Source: a virus
Lineage: Duplodnaviria > Caudoviricetes
IMG/VR virus record: IMGVR_UViG_3300020021_000007
Span: 1 to 63,324 of that record
Reading direction: 5' to 3' (one strand)
DNA: 63,324 bases
Shown here: positions 49,187 to 58,752 of the stretch, piece by piece
How the letters are laid out: each line of letters opens with the position of its first letter
How positions within the stretch are numbered: position 1 is the first letter of the stretch
Notes under the pieces: generated by a model
Seen by the model: only the letters and a program-made list of their open reading frames with translations
What the model was told of the DNA's origin: nothing
The model's database searches: none
Program-made: the position numbers and the translations under genes

Positions 49187-49215
49187 AAGAGAAGTGCGGG
49201 GCCCGAAGGCCCCGC
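49187..49215 (-). terminator. UUCG hairpin terminator upstream of queE
   Basis: GCGGGGCC-TTCG-GGCCCCGC then pyrimidine run on - strand. Confidence 0.65.
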
Positions 49216-49248
49216 GATTCCACACACTAACCTTTGCAGGTTAACACG

Positions 49249-49629
49249 TTAGGCCGCAGCGGTCTCCGTGGCAGCGGGCGCAGTGGTGCGACCGACGATA
49301 CCGTGGAACTTGCGCCACCGAGCGTACTGCGTCCGAACGGTCGCTTCGGGAACACCCGTCGCCGCCTTCAGAGAGTCACCGATGGTGGCAGGCGAACCGG
49401 CCTTGCCGCTCAGGTCATCGAATATCGCCCACACCTTGCCGGTGACAGTGGCGGGTTTCGGACGACGGACGTCGTTCTGCTTCGGCTGCTTGGACGCTTC
49501 CTTCGCGGCCTTCGCATCGGCTTTCTTCTGCACCTTGGCTGCCAACTTGGCTGCCTTGTCAGCAGCCTTCTTCGCTGCCACTTCCGGGTCGACCGTCTTG
49601 GGGGCCGACGTTGTTCCAGTCTCACTCAT
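49249..49629 (-). CDS. Lys/Ala-rich (histone-like) protein, paralog family member 2
   Basis: AAKKAADKAAK; GKVWAIFD...RTQYARWRKFHG. Confidence 0.75.
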   Translation of the reverse strand: MSETGTTSAPKTVDPEVAAKKAADKAAKLAAKVQKKADAKAAKEASKQPKQNDVRRPKPATVTGKVWAIFDDLSGKAGSPATIGDSLKAATGVPEATVRTQYARWRKFHGIVGRTTAPAATETAAA

Positions 49630-49715
49630 GCTATCACCTCGAATGTTTGTTGATCTTCAGCCCTCAATTACAGGGTGTGAGCACAGTACCCGAACAAAGA
49701 GGGATCATGCAATCC

Positions 49716-50432
49716 CTATGGCAAATTATTTTGCTTGCGCCATGCTCCGTACTGAACACCAGCCGTGCTCAGCGACCATCCGTTCTTAAGTGCTAGTTCT
49801 TTGATGCGCGTTCGCGGCGGCACTATACCTGTCATCTTGTAGTCCAAGTCAAGCGCTTCGTGTATTGCAGCGCAAACACCAGACTTAGGTCTAGCCCCCG
49901 CATTAGCGCGTGCTGGTGCGGTGCGCGGTGCCGCTGGTGCGCTGGGTTCACGCGGTGCGTTCGCACGCGCTGCGGCTGCCAGCTTGCGGTCTGCGACCGC
50001 TTTGCGCGCGGTCGGTAGCAGTGCCGCCGGGTCCGCTGTCGTCTTCAATGCGTACAGGTCGCCCGCTTTGCCGGGGCGGTACGAACCCTTGACGTAGACG
50101 AACCCCTGAGGCGCACCGGTAGCTTCCATGTGCGCAGCTTGAATCTCGACTTCGGTCGGTACGCAGTCGGTGCAAGGTAGCGTTTCAGCTATCTGAAGCA
50201 ACCATTGCGCCAGCGTTTCATGATCAGCTGTGTGCGACTCCTTACCGGTGGTGTTGCGGAACAGGGCTTGCAATTCCTCCACGGTAAAGTGATCCATGGC
50301 ACCGGGAGTAGGCACTGGGAAGCATGACGCGCTTTCGTAGCTGCGCGTGATATAATCCAGGTCGCGCACGACCCGGAAGTCTGCGTGCTTGTGGAGGAAC
50401 ACCCTGCGGTCGTGGTCAACGCTAACGTACAT
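49716..50432 (-). CDS. Hypothetical protein, paralog family member 3
   Basis: C-terminal GVCAAIHEALD...GVQYGAWRKQN. Confidence 0.7.
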   Translation of the reverse strand: MYVSVDHDRRVFLHKHADFRVVRDLDYITRSYESASCFPVPTPGAMDHFTVEELQALFRNTTGKESHTADHETLAQWLLQIAETLPCTDCVPTEVEIQAAHMEATGAPQGFVYVKGSYRPGKAGDLYALKTTADPAALLPTARKAVADRKLAAAARANAPREPSAPAAPRTAPARANAGARPKSGVCAAIHEALDLDYKMTGIVPPRTRIKELALKNGWSLSTAGVQYGAWRKQNNLP

Positions 50433-50571
50433 CCGCTTGCTCCTCGAGCTGGTGGGTGTGCTTGGCCGCCGCTTGCTCGAGCTGCGCCTGGACACTGATG
50501 CGCATGTGGTGCATCGCGACGCAAGCCGCGAGGAACACAACCATCCATATTATCACACCCTTGAATTTCAT
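50422..50571 (-). CDS. 49-aa membrane peptide (MKFKGVIIWMVVFLAAC...)
   Basis: GGAGAG SD; TM segment; fills the gap between genes. Confidence 0.55.
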   Translation of the reverse strand: MKFKGVIIWMVVFLAACVAMHHMRISVQAQLEQAAAKHTHQLEEQADVR

Positions 50572-50638
50572 ACGACTCTCCGGAGGCTTGCTACCCTGTT
50601 AGATACAGGATAGCAAGCTTGCGTCCATTAGTCAACTC

Positions 50639-51163
50639 CTAGATCGTGCCGGCGTCGTTCGCACCGCCCAAGGAACGGGGCATCAAACCGTTGAACTGCT
50701 TCCACCGCTGGTACTGGGTCATCGCGGTGTTCTTCTGCCAACCCGCGTCCTTGGCGAGCTCGCGGAGGTGCTCGAAGGTCGGCGTTTCGCCCTTCAGCGC
50801 GGTGCGCTTCGCGTCCAATGCGTCCCAAATTTGACCGCAGATGGTACCCGAGCTCGGCTTGGTCACACCGTTGGCAGCGGCGCGCACCTTGCGCTCAGTC
50901 GCCTTCTTAGGCGCCTTGCGGGTCTTCAACTCCGACGCTGCACCCTTTTCGATGGCGGTCGGGGCACCGATGCCGGTGTCGATCGCTTTGTCCAACAGCG
51001 TGCGGGTGTCTGTGATGGGGGGACTACCGGCGGCAGCTTTCGCTTCCAGCGCGGCGCGCATCCCAGCATTGTCAAGCTTGCCGTACGTGATTCCGGCGAG
51101 TTTGCAAGCGGCACGCAATTCGACCTTGCCCATTGCCGCGAAATCTTCTGTGTACTTGCTCAA
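50639..51163 (-). CDS. Putative DNA-binding protein, paralog family member 4
   Basis: N-term SAP/Rho-N-like (ELRAACKLAGI), C-term GTICGQIWDALD...MTQYQRWKQFNG. Confidence 0.7.
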   Translation of the reverse strand: MSKYTEDFAAMGKVELRAACKLAGITYGKLDNAGMRAALEAKAAAGSPPITDTRTLLDKAIDTGIGAPTAIEKGAASELKTRKAPKKATERKVRAAANGVTKPSSGTICGQIWDALDAKRTALKGETPTFEHLRELAKDAGWQKNTAMTQYQRWKQFNGLMPRSLGGANDAGTI

Positions 51164-51214
51164 GTGAATCTCCTGGTTAGTGTGTTGCTGACGACTTTGT
51201 TCGTCAATGAGGCT

Positions 51215-51260
51215 AATCTACACCACACAAGGACGAAAGACAAGACCTAGTTCACAGTTT
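51215..51260 (-). promoter_or_regulatory. CRP-like box promoter
   Basis: AAACTGTGA-ACTAGG-TCTTG on - strand; -10 TAGATT at 51220-51215. Confidence 0.7.
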
Positions 51261-52987
51261 TAGAAGGGAATATCGTCGTCATATTCCATAGTACCTTGGG
51301 TCTTCGTATTATTGGAAAAATCATTGCGCGGTGCGCGGACATCAATGGTAGGGGGCTCCACCGCGTCACCGCTTTGGGTACCGAACGCAGTACCGTCGTA
51401 GCAATGTGATAGTATTTCCGGGTGCTTCTTGTTCAGCCAGATGCGGAGGTGGGTAGGCACCTTGACTTCCGTCATGCGCTCGAGCGCGCTGCGCGCGTCA
51501 CCAGGTGCATCGGTAGTTGTACGCTCGCGCCACCACTTGCGCGCCTTGTGACCCGCATACCCTTCGTGCTGGAAGCACACGTATTCGTTGAACGCACTGG
51601 GACCGCACCAGTACGTGACCTTCACGCTGTCCGGGCGGTCGTGCTTCTGGTGTAGCTGGTACGTGATGCTATTGCACGCAACCATCTGCACGACCGGCAA
51701 TTCGCCTTTGATTATTTCCTCGGTGCTTGCACCCTGCTTCAACTTGGTCTGTTGCGGGAACTCGTAACCACAGTTGATACACTTCACAGCTCGCGCGTGG
51801 TTGTACGTGTTGCACATCTCGCAAAGGCGTACAGGTGCATTTCCTCCGCCGCTGCCTTTCTTGTGCGGGATCACTGGGTCGTTAATGGGTCCAAGACGCT
51901 TGGTGTTGCCGGCGAAGTCCCCAACCAGACAGTTCTCCTTACCGTCAAACGGTCGCGTACCGCGTCCAAGCATCTGCACCCACAGAACCGTTGACTTTGT
52001 CGGTCGCAGCATGGGGATGAAGTCGATGTCAGGTACGTCAAGACCCGTTGTTAGCACGTTGTTGTTGACGACCGCGCGAACCTTGCCTAAGCGAAAGTCA
52101 CCGTTCGGCCCAATCAGGTCGTCGCGCGCAGCGTCGCTCATTTCCGATGTAACCGTTGGGCACTCGATACCCATCGTGTGCAGCATGTCTGATATAGTTT
52201 TCGCGTGATGCACACCGGAAGCGAATATCAGCCATTTCTTGCGGTCGTATCCCATCTCCATGCACTCGCGCAACGCAGCTTCAGTGACTTCGTCGATGTC
52301 AACCGCAGCCTGGAGTTCCGCTGCAATGAACTCGCCCCCGCGCATATGCACACCGTCGACATTCAGCAGCGTTTGCGTTTTCTTCGGTATCAGCGGGCAT
52401 AGGTAACCTTCGGCAATCAATCGGTTGAACGCCTCCATACCGGTAATGTCGAAGCAAGTATCTGTGAATATGCCACTCTCTTCGGTAATGCGTCCGTGCC
52501 CCATGCGCCAGGGTGTTGCAGTGAATCCAATTATCTTAAGGTACGGGTTAACCGCTTTCAGACCTTTGAAGAACAACTGGTACAGCGTTTCATCGTTCGG
52601 ACTTACCAGGTGGCATTCATCCACCAGCACCAGGTCCACATGCCCGAACGCGGTCGCGTATTTGGCAACTGACGCAATACCAGCAAAGATAATACGATCG
52701 TGGAAGTCGCGCTTGCCTAAGCCCGCGCTGTTGATGCCTGCGGGCGCACCGGGCCACACGCTCAGCAGCTTCGAATAGTTCTGCTGAATAAGCTCTTTGA
52801 CGTGTGTGAGTACAAGGATCTTCTGTCCATGGTATTGACGAAACACGTTCTCAAGGAACATCGCAATGACCACACTCTTCCCGGTGCCGGTGGGCATCGC
52901 GACAATGGGGTTACCCGCTTTTTGTTCAAAGTAGTGGGTAATCGAACTGGATGCTTCGATTTGGTATGTGCGCGGAACAATGAGCAT
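51260..52987 (-). CDS. SF2 (DExH) helicase, RadD/YejH-like with Zn finger
   Basis: PTGTGKS, DECH, TATP, QMLGRGTR, CEMC..CINC. Confidence 0.92.
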   Translation of the reverse strand: MLIVPRTYQIEASSSITHYFEQKAGNPIVAMPTGTGKSVVIAMFLENVFRQYHGQKILVLTHVKELIQQNYSKLLSVWPGAPAGINSAGLGKRDFHDRIIFAGIASVAKYATAFGHVDLVLVDECHLVSPNDETLYQLFFKGLKAVNPYLKIIGFTATPWRMGHGRITEESGIFTDTCFDITGMEAFNRLIAEGYLCPLIPKKTQTLLNVDGVHMRGGEFIAAELQAAVDIDEVTEAALRECMEMGYDRKKWLIFASGVHHAKTISDMLHTMGIECPTVTSEMSDAARDDLIGPNGDFRLGKVRAVVNNNVLTTGLDVPDIDFIPMLRPTKSTVLWVQMLGRGTRPFDGKENCLVGDFAGNTKRLGPINDPVIPHKKGSGGGNAPVRLCEMCNTYNHARAVKCINCGYEFPQQTKLKQGASTEEIIKGELPVVQMVACNSITYQLHQKHDRPDSVKVTYWCGPSAFNEYVCFQHEGYAGHKARKWWRERTTTDAPGDARSALERMTEVKVPTHLRIWLNKKHPEILSHCYDGTAFGTQSGDAVEPPTIDVRAPRNDFSNNTKTQGTMEYDDDIPF

Positions 52988-53958
52988 CAGATCGTCTTCT
53001 TTACCGTGTATTCCCCGCAGCCAACGAGCTGCGTCTGTTTATCGATTGTAACCTCTCTTAGCCTGCAATACCACTCCGCGTTCCCATTAGGTCGCGGTAA
53101 GCTGTACGCGCATGTTCGACAGTTCTTGTCAGGTGCTTCTTTCTTGTGGCACACACCGCGATGATCGCAGAAGCGACACTTCCAAAAGCCCGGTGATTCG
53201 TTCAGCTTCTTGGGTGGCGTTTCGCTGAACACCAGTTTGTCAGCGCGCTCAGTAAACTGGTCAGCGATTGCAGTGTCCAGTGGTATCAACTCTGCATAAA
53301 CAGCATCGTTGTTCTTGTTGGCGCACATGTACAAGCACACCGCCAACCCCATCTTGCGCATGTAAATATTTGATTGAACGTAATGCTCGAACTTCGCAGC
53401 ACGCACACCTTCACCGACAAACTGCACCGCTGGCTTGCCCGGATCGAGCAGGTGCGCAACGTACTCGTTCCAGTTTTCACCAGCGAGTTTGTTGAACGAT
53501 TTTTCGTTCGCAGTCTTGAACTCGAGCAACGCGGCTTGTCCGGGCGACAGGTCTGGAAGATGTAGTGCTACACCGTCGCCGCTGCCACCGAAATGCCCGT
53601 GCGAGTCGCTGACACGGAACTGCTTACCGTGTTCGTCTTGTTGGATTACATGCACACCGATCGAAACCAAGGCCGCTATCATGCGGCCTTCCTCGAGGTG
53701 CCCTCGGTTGAACAATCGCAGCATGCGACCTTCAAACCGTGGCTTGACAGCCCAGCGGAAGTTATACCAAGCGTGCCGCGCGCATTCGGTGCCTATGATT
53801 GACGCACCTAAGTGTGACCGGTGCCCGTCGTTCTCTTCGCGGTAAGCGTCGGTGATGTGTGGTAATACCCGCTGCAATGTCGCGCGGTATGCGTTACCCT
53901 GATCCTTTTCAATGCTTGCCTCGATCGCCGTCAGCGTCTTAGCGGCAATATAGATCAA
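52987..53958 (-). CDS. PD-(D/E)XK exonuclease (Cas4-like fold)
   Basis: HLGASIIG.EC.R, GSGDG, LEFKT, CRFC. Confidence 0.85.
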   Translation of the reverse strand: MIYIAAKTLTAIEASIEKDQGNAYRATLQRVLPHITDAYREENDGHRSHLGASIIGTECARHAWYNFRWAVKPRFEGRMLRLFNRGHLEEGRMIAALVSIGVHVIQQDEHGKQFRVSDSHGHFGGSGDGVALHLPDLSPGQAALLEFKTANEKSFNKLAGENWNEYVAHLLDPGKPAVQFVGEGVRAAKFEHYVQSNIYMRKMGLAVCLYMCANKNNDAVYAELIPLDTAIADQFTERADKLVFSETPPKKLNESPGFWKCRFCDHRGVCHKKEAPDKNCRTCAYSLPRPNGNAEWYCRLREVTIDKQTQLVGCGEYTVKKTI

Positions 53959-54146
53959 GGTAAATGCCTGCGATCCCTACACGGTGCGCACGCGCGACCG
54001 ACAAGGCGCTGTGAAGGCTCACCACAATATCCACAGATACCGGGTTCACCCTTGGGTATCTTCGCTGCGTTTATCGACACTTGCCGAACTGCGCATTCGA
54101 CAAGTAATGATTCTTTCTGTTCAGACAGATCGCAATCGTCAGCCAT
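53955..54146 (-). CDS. TraR/DksA C4-type zinc finger protein
   Basis: MADDCDLS, CGYCGE...CAPC. Confidence 0.75.
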   Translation of the reverse strand: MADDCDLSEQKESLLVECAVRQVSINAAKIPKGEPGICGYCGEPSQRLVGRACAPCRDRRHLP

Positions 54147-54164
54147 TCAGTTCCCCTAATCGAC

Positions 54165-54193
54165 AAAAGACTGCCCCTCCGAAGAGGGGCAGT
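54165..54193 (-). terminator. Terminator after SSB gene
   Basis: ACTGCCCCTC-TTCG-GAGGGGCAGT-CTTTT on - strand. Confidence 0.8.
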
Positions 54194-54205
54194 AACGGAC
54201 CGCAA

Positions 54206-54898
54206 TTAGCGTGCGGCCCAGGGGGGAACGGCAGCGGATGCGTTGAACCCTGCTGGCGCACCAGCGGCGGGAGCTGCGGCAGGTGCCGGACCTGGGACAG
54301 CGGCAGGCGCTTGCCAGGGTTGCTGAGCGGCAGCGGGGGGTGCCTGCCATGCAGGGGTTGCAGCGGGCGCAGCACTGGGAGCGGCTGCGGCGGGAGCACC
54401 AGCCCATGCCGGTGCAGCGGCGGGCGCGGGGGCAGCGGCAGGAGCCTGCCAAGCTGGCGCGACAGCGGCGGGCAGACCAGCAACAGCTTCCGTGGGCTCG
54501 TTGATGTTCTTCCACGACGTGATGTCGTTCTGCGGCTCGTATTCGCCCGTCTTGTCGGTGCGAATCTTGACCTTGATCTTCAGCGGTATGTTGTGCAACT
54601 GCTGACTGTCAGCGACCATCAAAACACCGACAGCGTGCGCCAGCGCGCTCAGCTGCTTGAGACCGATTTCGGTCGCTTGCGGGTTCGCATTCTGCAGGTT
54701 GATGTTCCCGTAGATCTTGCGGCCAGCATGTTGACCATCGAGCACGCTGTAGCGTACTTTCAGATAGCAACTACCGTCACCCGCCTTCGTGGGCTTCATT
54801 TCGGTTTCGTCAACAATGACGTTGTACCAACCGATGGGCAGCGGTTCGAATCCCGTCTGCGGCGCTACTGTTCGCGCGTCGAAATTAAGTTGTGCCAA
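54206..54898 (-). CDS. Single-stranded DNA-binding protein (DUF669-like)
   Basis: FEPLP.GWY, GRKIY; Ala/Pro tail ending PPW. Confidence 0.8.
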   Translation of the reverse strand: MAQLNFDARTVAPQTGFEPLPIGWYNVIVDETEMKPTKAGDGSCYLKVRYSVLDGQHAGRKIYGNINLQNANPQATEIGLKQLSALAHAVGVLMVADSQQLHNIPLKIKVKIRTDKTGEYEPQNDITSWKNINEPTEAVAGLPAAVAPAWQAPAAAPAPAAAPAWAGAPAAAAPSAAPAATPAWQAPPAAAQQPWQAPAAVPGPAPAAAPAAGAPAGFNASAAVPPWAAR

Positions 54899-54910
54899 AA
54901 TAATTCTCCT

Positions 54911-55369
54911 TTAGGAATGACGTTTATTTGCCGATTGTTCAATAGGTGTCGCCCAACGGCAGTTTGAAGGCTCGTAATTGCCGTTCACATTTTTACGGTC
55001 AATAGTCATTCCCTCAGGGCGCTCACCCATGTCTGCGAGAAAATTTGTAAACGATAGCCACCGCTCGCAGACACTAATTCCGCGGCCACCGTAATCTTTA
55101 TATCGACTGTTCTTTGGATTTGAACAACGATATTTCATTCCATACCAACTGATATACGTCGGTGAATTGCATTGTCCGTGACGATAATTATTCTGACCAT
55201 CGCCAGGAGGTTTGCCTTTCTTAGTACAACTTCCACAAGTTTTTGATCGTTTGCCTATTTTGCAAACTGCAACAATTCTTTCTGTCCCGCATATGCACCG
55301 ACATAATGCTCCTGGAAGCGTAGCAGCGCCATTCGGTACTGTATAACCTGTTTCTAAAACAGTCCACAT
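54911..55369 (-). CDS. HNH homing endonuclease
   Basis: YGGRGISVCERW, TIDRKNVNGNYEPSNCRWAT; AT-rich. Confidence 0.88.
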   Translation of the reverse strand: MWTVLETGYTVPNGAATLPGALCRCICGTERIVAVCKIGKRSKTCGSCTKKGKPPGDGQNNYRHGQCNSPTYISWYGMKYRCSNPKNSRYKDYGGRGISVCERWLSFTNFLADMGERPEGMTIDRKNVNGNYEPSNCRWATPIEQSANKRHS

Positions 55370-56095
55370 TCACGCACCAAGGATTTTTCCGAAAACATAA
55401 CTCAAATGAGGGCGCTCCACTGTCGCAAGGGCTCCACTGCGGTCTTTGGCGACGAACTGGAGATCAGGCTGTGTTTGCAAATACCGGTAGGAATTTCCCT
55501 GCGGATCTTTGTTGACAGCCAAACGAAATACTTCATCGAAGAAGTACGGAAACTTCGGACCCAGCTTTGCGCCGGGCATTGACGGTCCGAACCGTACCAC
55601 ACCGGTGAGCTCGTCTTTCATGGGTTCCATTTTGGCCGCCATGTAAACGTGCTTCCCTGGTAGGTCGCGGAACGAACGAACAAGCGACTCCATTTTCTCA
55701 ATGAGTTCGCCGTATGCTTGACGCGGGTCTTTCACCTGGCGCTTCGCGTTGTTGAGCACGACTTCAGCGATCTCGCTGATACTGTCAAGCCCGACGGTTT
55801 GGAATGCCCGCGCTTCCGCACTGGTTGCGCACCAGCGGTGCGCCTCAACCAGGTCATCCACATTGCGCACCAAGATGACAGGCATGTTATACGTGATGTC
55901 TGCTTGGCTCGCACCGAACACGCGCGCCACGTTTGCTGACTTCAACGACAGCAATCCAGACTCAGCGCTGATAAGCACCGGGGAAGGCGCGGTAGCTGCG
56001 ATCATGGTCTTACCCATGCCCGAGTCACCGTAAATCAGAACCTTCACCCCGTTGTTTTCGGAAGACTGCTCAGCGGTCGAAAATTGTAGCGCCAT
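55370..56095 (-). CDS. Sak4-like AAA ATPase recombinase
   Basis: YGDSGMGKT, AESGLL, LDSISE, AKDRSG. Confidence 0.85.
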   Translation of the reverse strand: MALQFSTAEQSSENNGVKVLIYGDSGMGKTMIAATAPSPVLISAESGLLSLKSANVARVFGASQADITYNMPVILVRNVDDLVEAHRWCATSAEARAFQTVGLDSISEIAEVVLNNAKRQVKDPRQAYGELIEKMESLVRSFRDLPGKHVYMAAKMEPMKDELTGVVRFGPSMPGAKLGPKFPYFFDEVFRLAVNKDPQGNSYRYLQTQPDLQFVAKDRSGALATVERPHLSYVFGKILGA

Positions 56096-56096
56096 C

Positions 56097-56981
56097 TTAT
56101 TCCTTGTCGAAGTCTTCAGCGATCGTCGAAAGTCGTTCGCGCACGTTTTCAATCTTTGCGGTGCACGCGTCCCACCGTTCCATGTCAACAAGTCCTGCCA
56201 CTTGTGTGGACACCAACTCGTGCAAGTACGTCGGGCTCAATGCATCCAATTCCCAAGACTCATCACCGAACTGTTCCTGGTACTTGTCGAAGCGCGTGTC
56301 CGTAACCTTTGCTGGGTTCGGTGGCGGTTGCTGTTCTTCCACCTGGTCCATGTTCAACGCGATGCGACGGAAATCAATATACACACGCTCGCGCGCAAAC
56401 AATGACAAACGCTCTGCTAAGTCTCTGGACATATCCATGCCACTCGGATCGTGGTCGCCTAAGTGCAGCACGACGATCTGCTGGTGGGAATTCAGTATAC
56501 GCTGCTTTGCAAACTCGCGCAACGTAGTAGCGCTCGGATAACCACGCGCTGGCAATAGCGGACAGTCCCACTCGTTGCAGATCGGTTCGAGCACACCTGC
56601 CAAGGCTTCCTTTTCGACCATGACGAACACGCGGTAGTCTTGGTCTTCCCACATGTCTTCGAAGTATTGCGCTGCGCACGCCTTGAGCAATGCGCCGCCG
56701 CTGGTCCAATGCGAACGCTGAATGACGTCGCGCGTGCGGTCTTCGATAGCGTCCCAGTCAATGAGACCTGCGAGTCGCGCCTTCGTCATCATGCCGACAA
56801 CGTTGTTGTACGAGCGCACAGTGTTCTCGATGTGCCCGCGCGCTACGAGCTGGTAATACAGCTGACGGATGGTAAGGCGGAAACCTTGCTTGCCGTAGTC
56901 GGTGATGATCGCATCGCACATGCGGATCAGTTTGATGCTCGCAGTGTTGAACTTCGAGTCTTCGACGTAACGCTCTTTCAT
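56097..56981 (-). CDS. Stand-alone TopoVI-A/Spo11-like Toprim protein
   Basis: LTIRQLYYQLV winged helix with Tyr, VEKEA, RGYPS, GDHDPSG. Confidence 0.7.
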   Translation of the reverse strand: MKERYVEDSKFNTASIKLIRMCDAIITDYGKQGFRLTIRQLYYQLVARGHIENTVRSYNNVVGMMTKARLAGLIDWDAIEDRTRDVIQRSHWTSGGALLKACAAQYFEDMWEDQDYRVFVMVEKEALAGVLEPICNEWDCPLLPARGYPSATTLREFAKQRILNSHQQIVVLHLGDHDPSGMDMSRDLAERLSLFARERVYIDFRRIALNMDQVEEQQPPPNPAKVTDTRFDKYQEQFGDESWELDALSPTYLHELVSTQVAGLVDMERWDACTAKIENVRERLSTIAEDFDKE

Positions 56982-57247
56982 TGGAATTTATCCAGTTCTA
57001 ACTCAACCTCTACTGTAATGTCAGATCCACATGCAGGGCAAGCGATTTGTTCTGTTCGCGATGATTCATGGTGTTCACGATCAACAGCTTCGTCCAGTTC
57101 AACCAGCTCTTCAAACCGTTGCAGAAAGGCGGCGAGAAACGGACTCGGTTGTGGAAAGCGGACATGTGCCTCCGCGAGGAACTCCTTCGCGCTGTAGTTG
57201 CTAGCAACTGGACGCTGCGCGCGTGTTTCAGTCATGCTGATCTTCAT
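56978..57247 (-). CDS. Hypothetical protein
   Basis: ATGA-coupled at both ends; CPAC. Confidence 0.6.
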   Translation of the reverse strand: MKISMTETRAQRPVASNYSAKEFLAEAHVRFPQPSPFLAAFLQRFEELVELDEAVDREHHESSRTEQIACPACGSDITVEVELELDKFQ

Positions 57248-58131
57248 GACATATCAATCGGGTTTCTAAACCCTTTGAACACCGGGAAACGCGGTGCGTC
57301 CTTCACACCGGTCTGTTCGAAGTGTTTATACACTGCAAGCTTGCCCAGATAGTCAGCACTGTTGTCCCAGATGTGCTGGCGCTCAGCCTCCTTGAACCCG
57401 GTGCCAATGCTGAACGGGATCTTGGTAACGCAGTCGATGACGTTGAGCGCACCCAGCGTGCGCATCGGCACCATGCCTTCGCTGTTCGTGCTGCGTTTGG
57501 ATGCACCGGTGTTGTCGGTCGTCGCTTCGTTACTGTTGTGCATGAGCTCGGTAAAGCCAACGACCACAGCCTCACCGTCGACAAAGCGCTTCACCTTGAG
57601 CAAGTGCCCTTCCTTCGCGGTGCTGCGTCCGTACTTGTACAGCCCTCGCGGCTTGCGTACCATGACGCCTTCAAAGCCCATCTCGAGGTGCGCACGCTCG
57701 TATGCGCGGAGCTCAGCGTCGCTGTGTACCAGCGTTTGCCGCAACGGTTGAATGCACGACATACCGAATTCGCCCGCACGCTCTGCGCGTTCCATGATTG
57801 CTAAGCGGTCGCAGAACGGCATATCAGGTGCAGTCCAAAAGTCGAACACCCAGAACACGAAGTCCGGTTTGCCGCTGCGCGTCATCACAGCGCTCATCGT
57901 GCGCTGCATTACGTCCGGTGCGTTAGCTGGGCCAACCGTAAGCTCGCCGTCCAGTCCGTTTAGCTTGTCGGCGCCGAGCACTGACTGAATATGCTCGTTT
58001 GGGATTTGGATCATTTTCCGTGAAAGGCATAACCCATGCTGGATTATGGCGCGAACACCATCTAGCTTCGCGCTGGCATACAGCGGGAAGGTAAGATCTG
58101 CCGGCGCTTGCACTGCGAGCATAGGCTTCAT
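57244..58131 (-). CDS. ATP-dependent DNA ligase
   Basis: KLDGVR, DGEL, VFD, EGVMVR, LKVK, PRFP. Confidence 0.93.
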   Translation of the reverse strand: MKPMLAVQAPADLTFPLYASAKLDGVRAIIQHGLCLSRKMIQIPNEHIQSVLGADKLNGLDGELTVGPANAPDVMQRTMSAVMTRSGKPDFVFWVFDFWTAPDMPFCDRLAIMERAERAGEFGMSCIQPLRQTLVHSDAELRAYERAHLEMGFEGVMVRKPRGLYKYGRSTAKEGHLLKVKRFVDGEAVVVGFTELMHNSNEATTDNTGASKRSTNSEGMVPMRTLGALNVIDCVTKIPFSIGTGFKEAERQHIWDNSADYLGKLAVYKHFEQTGVKDAPRFPVFKGFRNPIDMS

Positions 58132-58290
58132 GCGATCCTCCGAAATTCAAAGTGCCAACCGCCGCCCTGAACAGGGTGACGAATAAGAGCAAAAACAGGA
58201 ATATTGAGAGCACGCTGCACAGCCATCCGAATTTGGTTCGGGAATTGTATCTGCGGCCCGCGCGCCAGCCTCTGCCGTTCGTCTTCATGC

Positions 58291-58752
58291 TTATCCACCT
58301 TGAGCCTTCTTCGCCGCAGCGGGCAGCACGATTTCCAGCGCCGGTGAGCCGGGCTTAATGATGAGCGCTTCCTCGAACAACTGCCGCTCTTCGTCGGTCA
58401 GCTTGCGGTACTCTTTGATGACGAGCTCAGGTGTGTACTTGACCAGCTTCGCCAGCGGCAGTTTTGCCTCTTGGAACTTAGGCGTCAGTGTGGTCAACGC
58501 TGCAATGTCGATGTCGCGGTTCAGTTTGTGTACCGCTTTAATCACATTGCCTGTCGGCGCCATACCAGACAGCATGGGCAATGTGTCTAGCTCCACTGTG
58601 TTCGTACCCTCTTCAGGTATGGGGAACAGGTGCCGGAAGATACGCATGCGAAGCAGATTCTCCGCACGCTTGAGCGTTGCCAGGTCAGCTTGCATCTTGT
58701 ACCACACGAACAGGTCGTTCTGTGTCAACGCGTCCTCGGGAATGAGACTCAC
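58291..58752 (-). CDS. Conserved phage replication-region protein
   Basis: Coupled ORF, KPGSPALEI. Confidence 0.65.
   Translation of the reverse strand: MSLIPEDALTQNDLFVWYKMQADLATLKRAENLLRMRIFRHLFPIPEEGTNTVELDTLPMLSGMAPTGNVIKAVHKLNRDIDIAALTTLTPKFQEAKLPLAKLVKYTPELVIKEYRKLTDEERQLFEEALIIKPGSPALEIVLPAAAKKAQGG

Noticed and set aside
52987-53958. CRISPR-Cas system (Cas4-like protein)
   Set aside because: Typical phage recombination exonuclease beside Sak4/SSB; no repeat-spacer array or other cas genes seen
56097-56981. Wadjet defence system
   Set aside because: No SMC/kleisin (JetABC) genes in the genome
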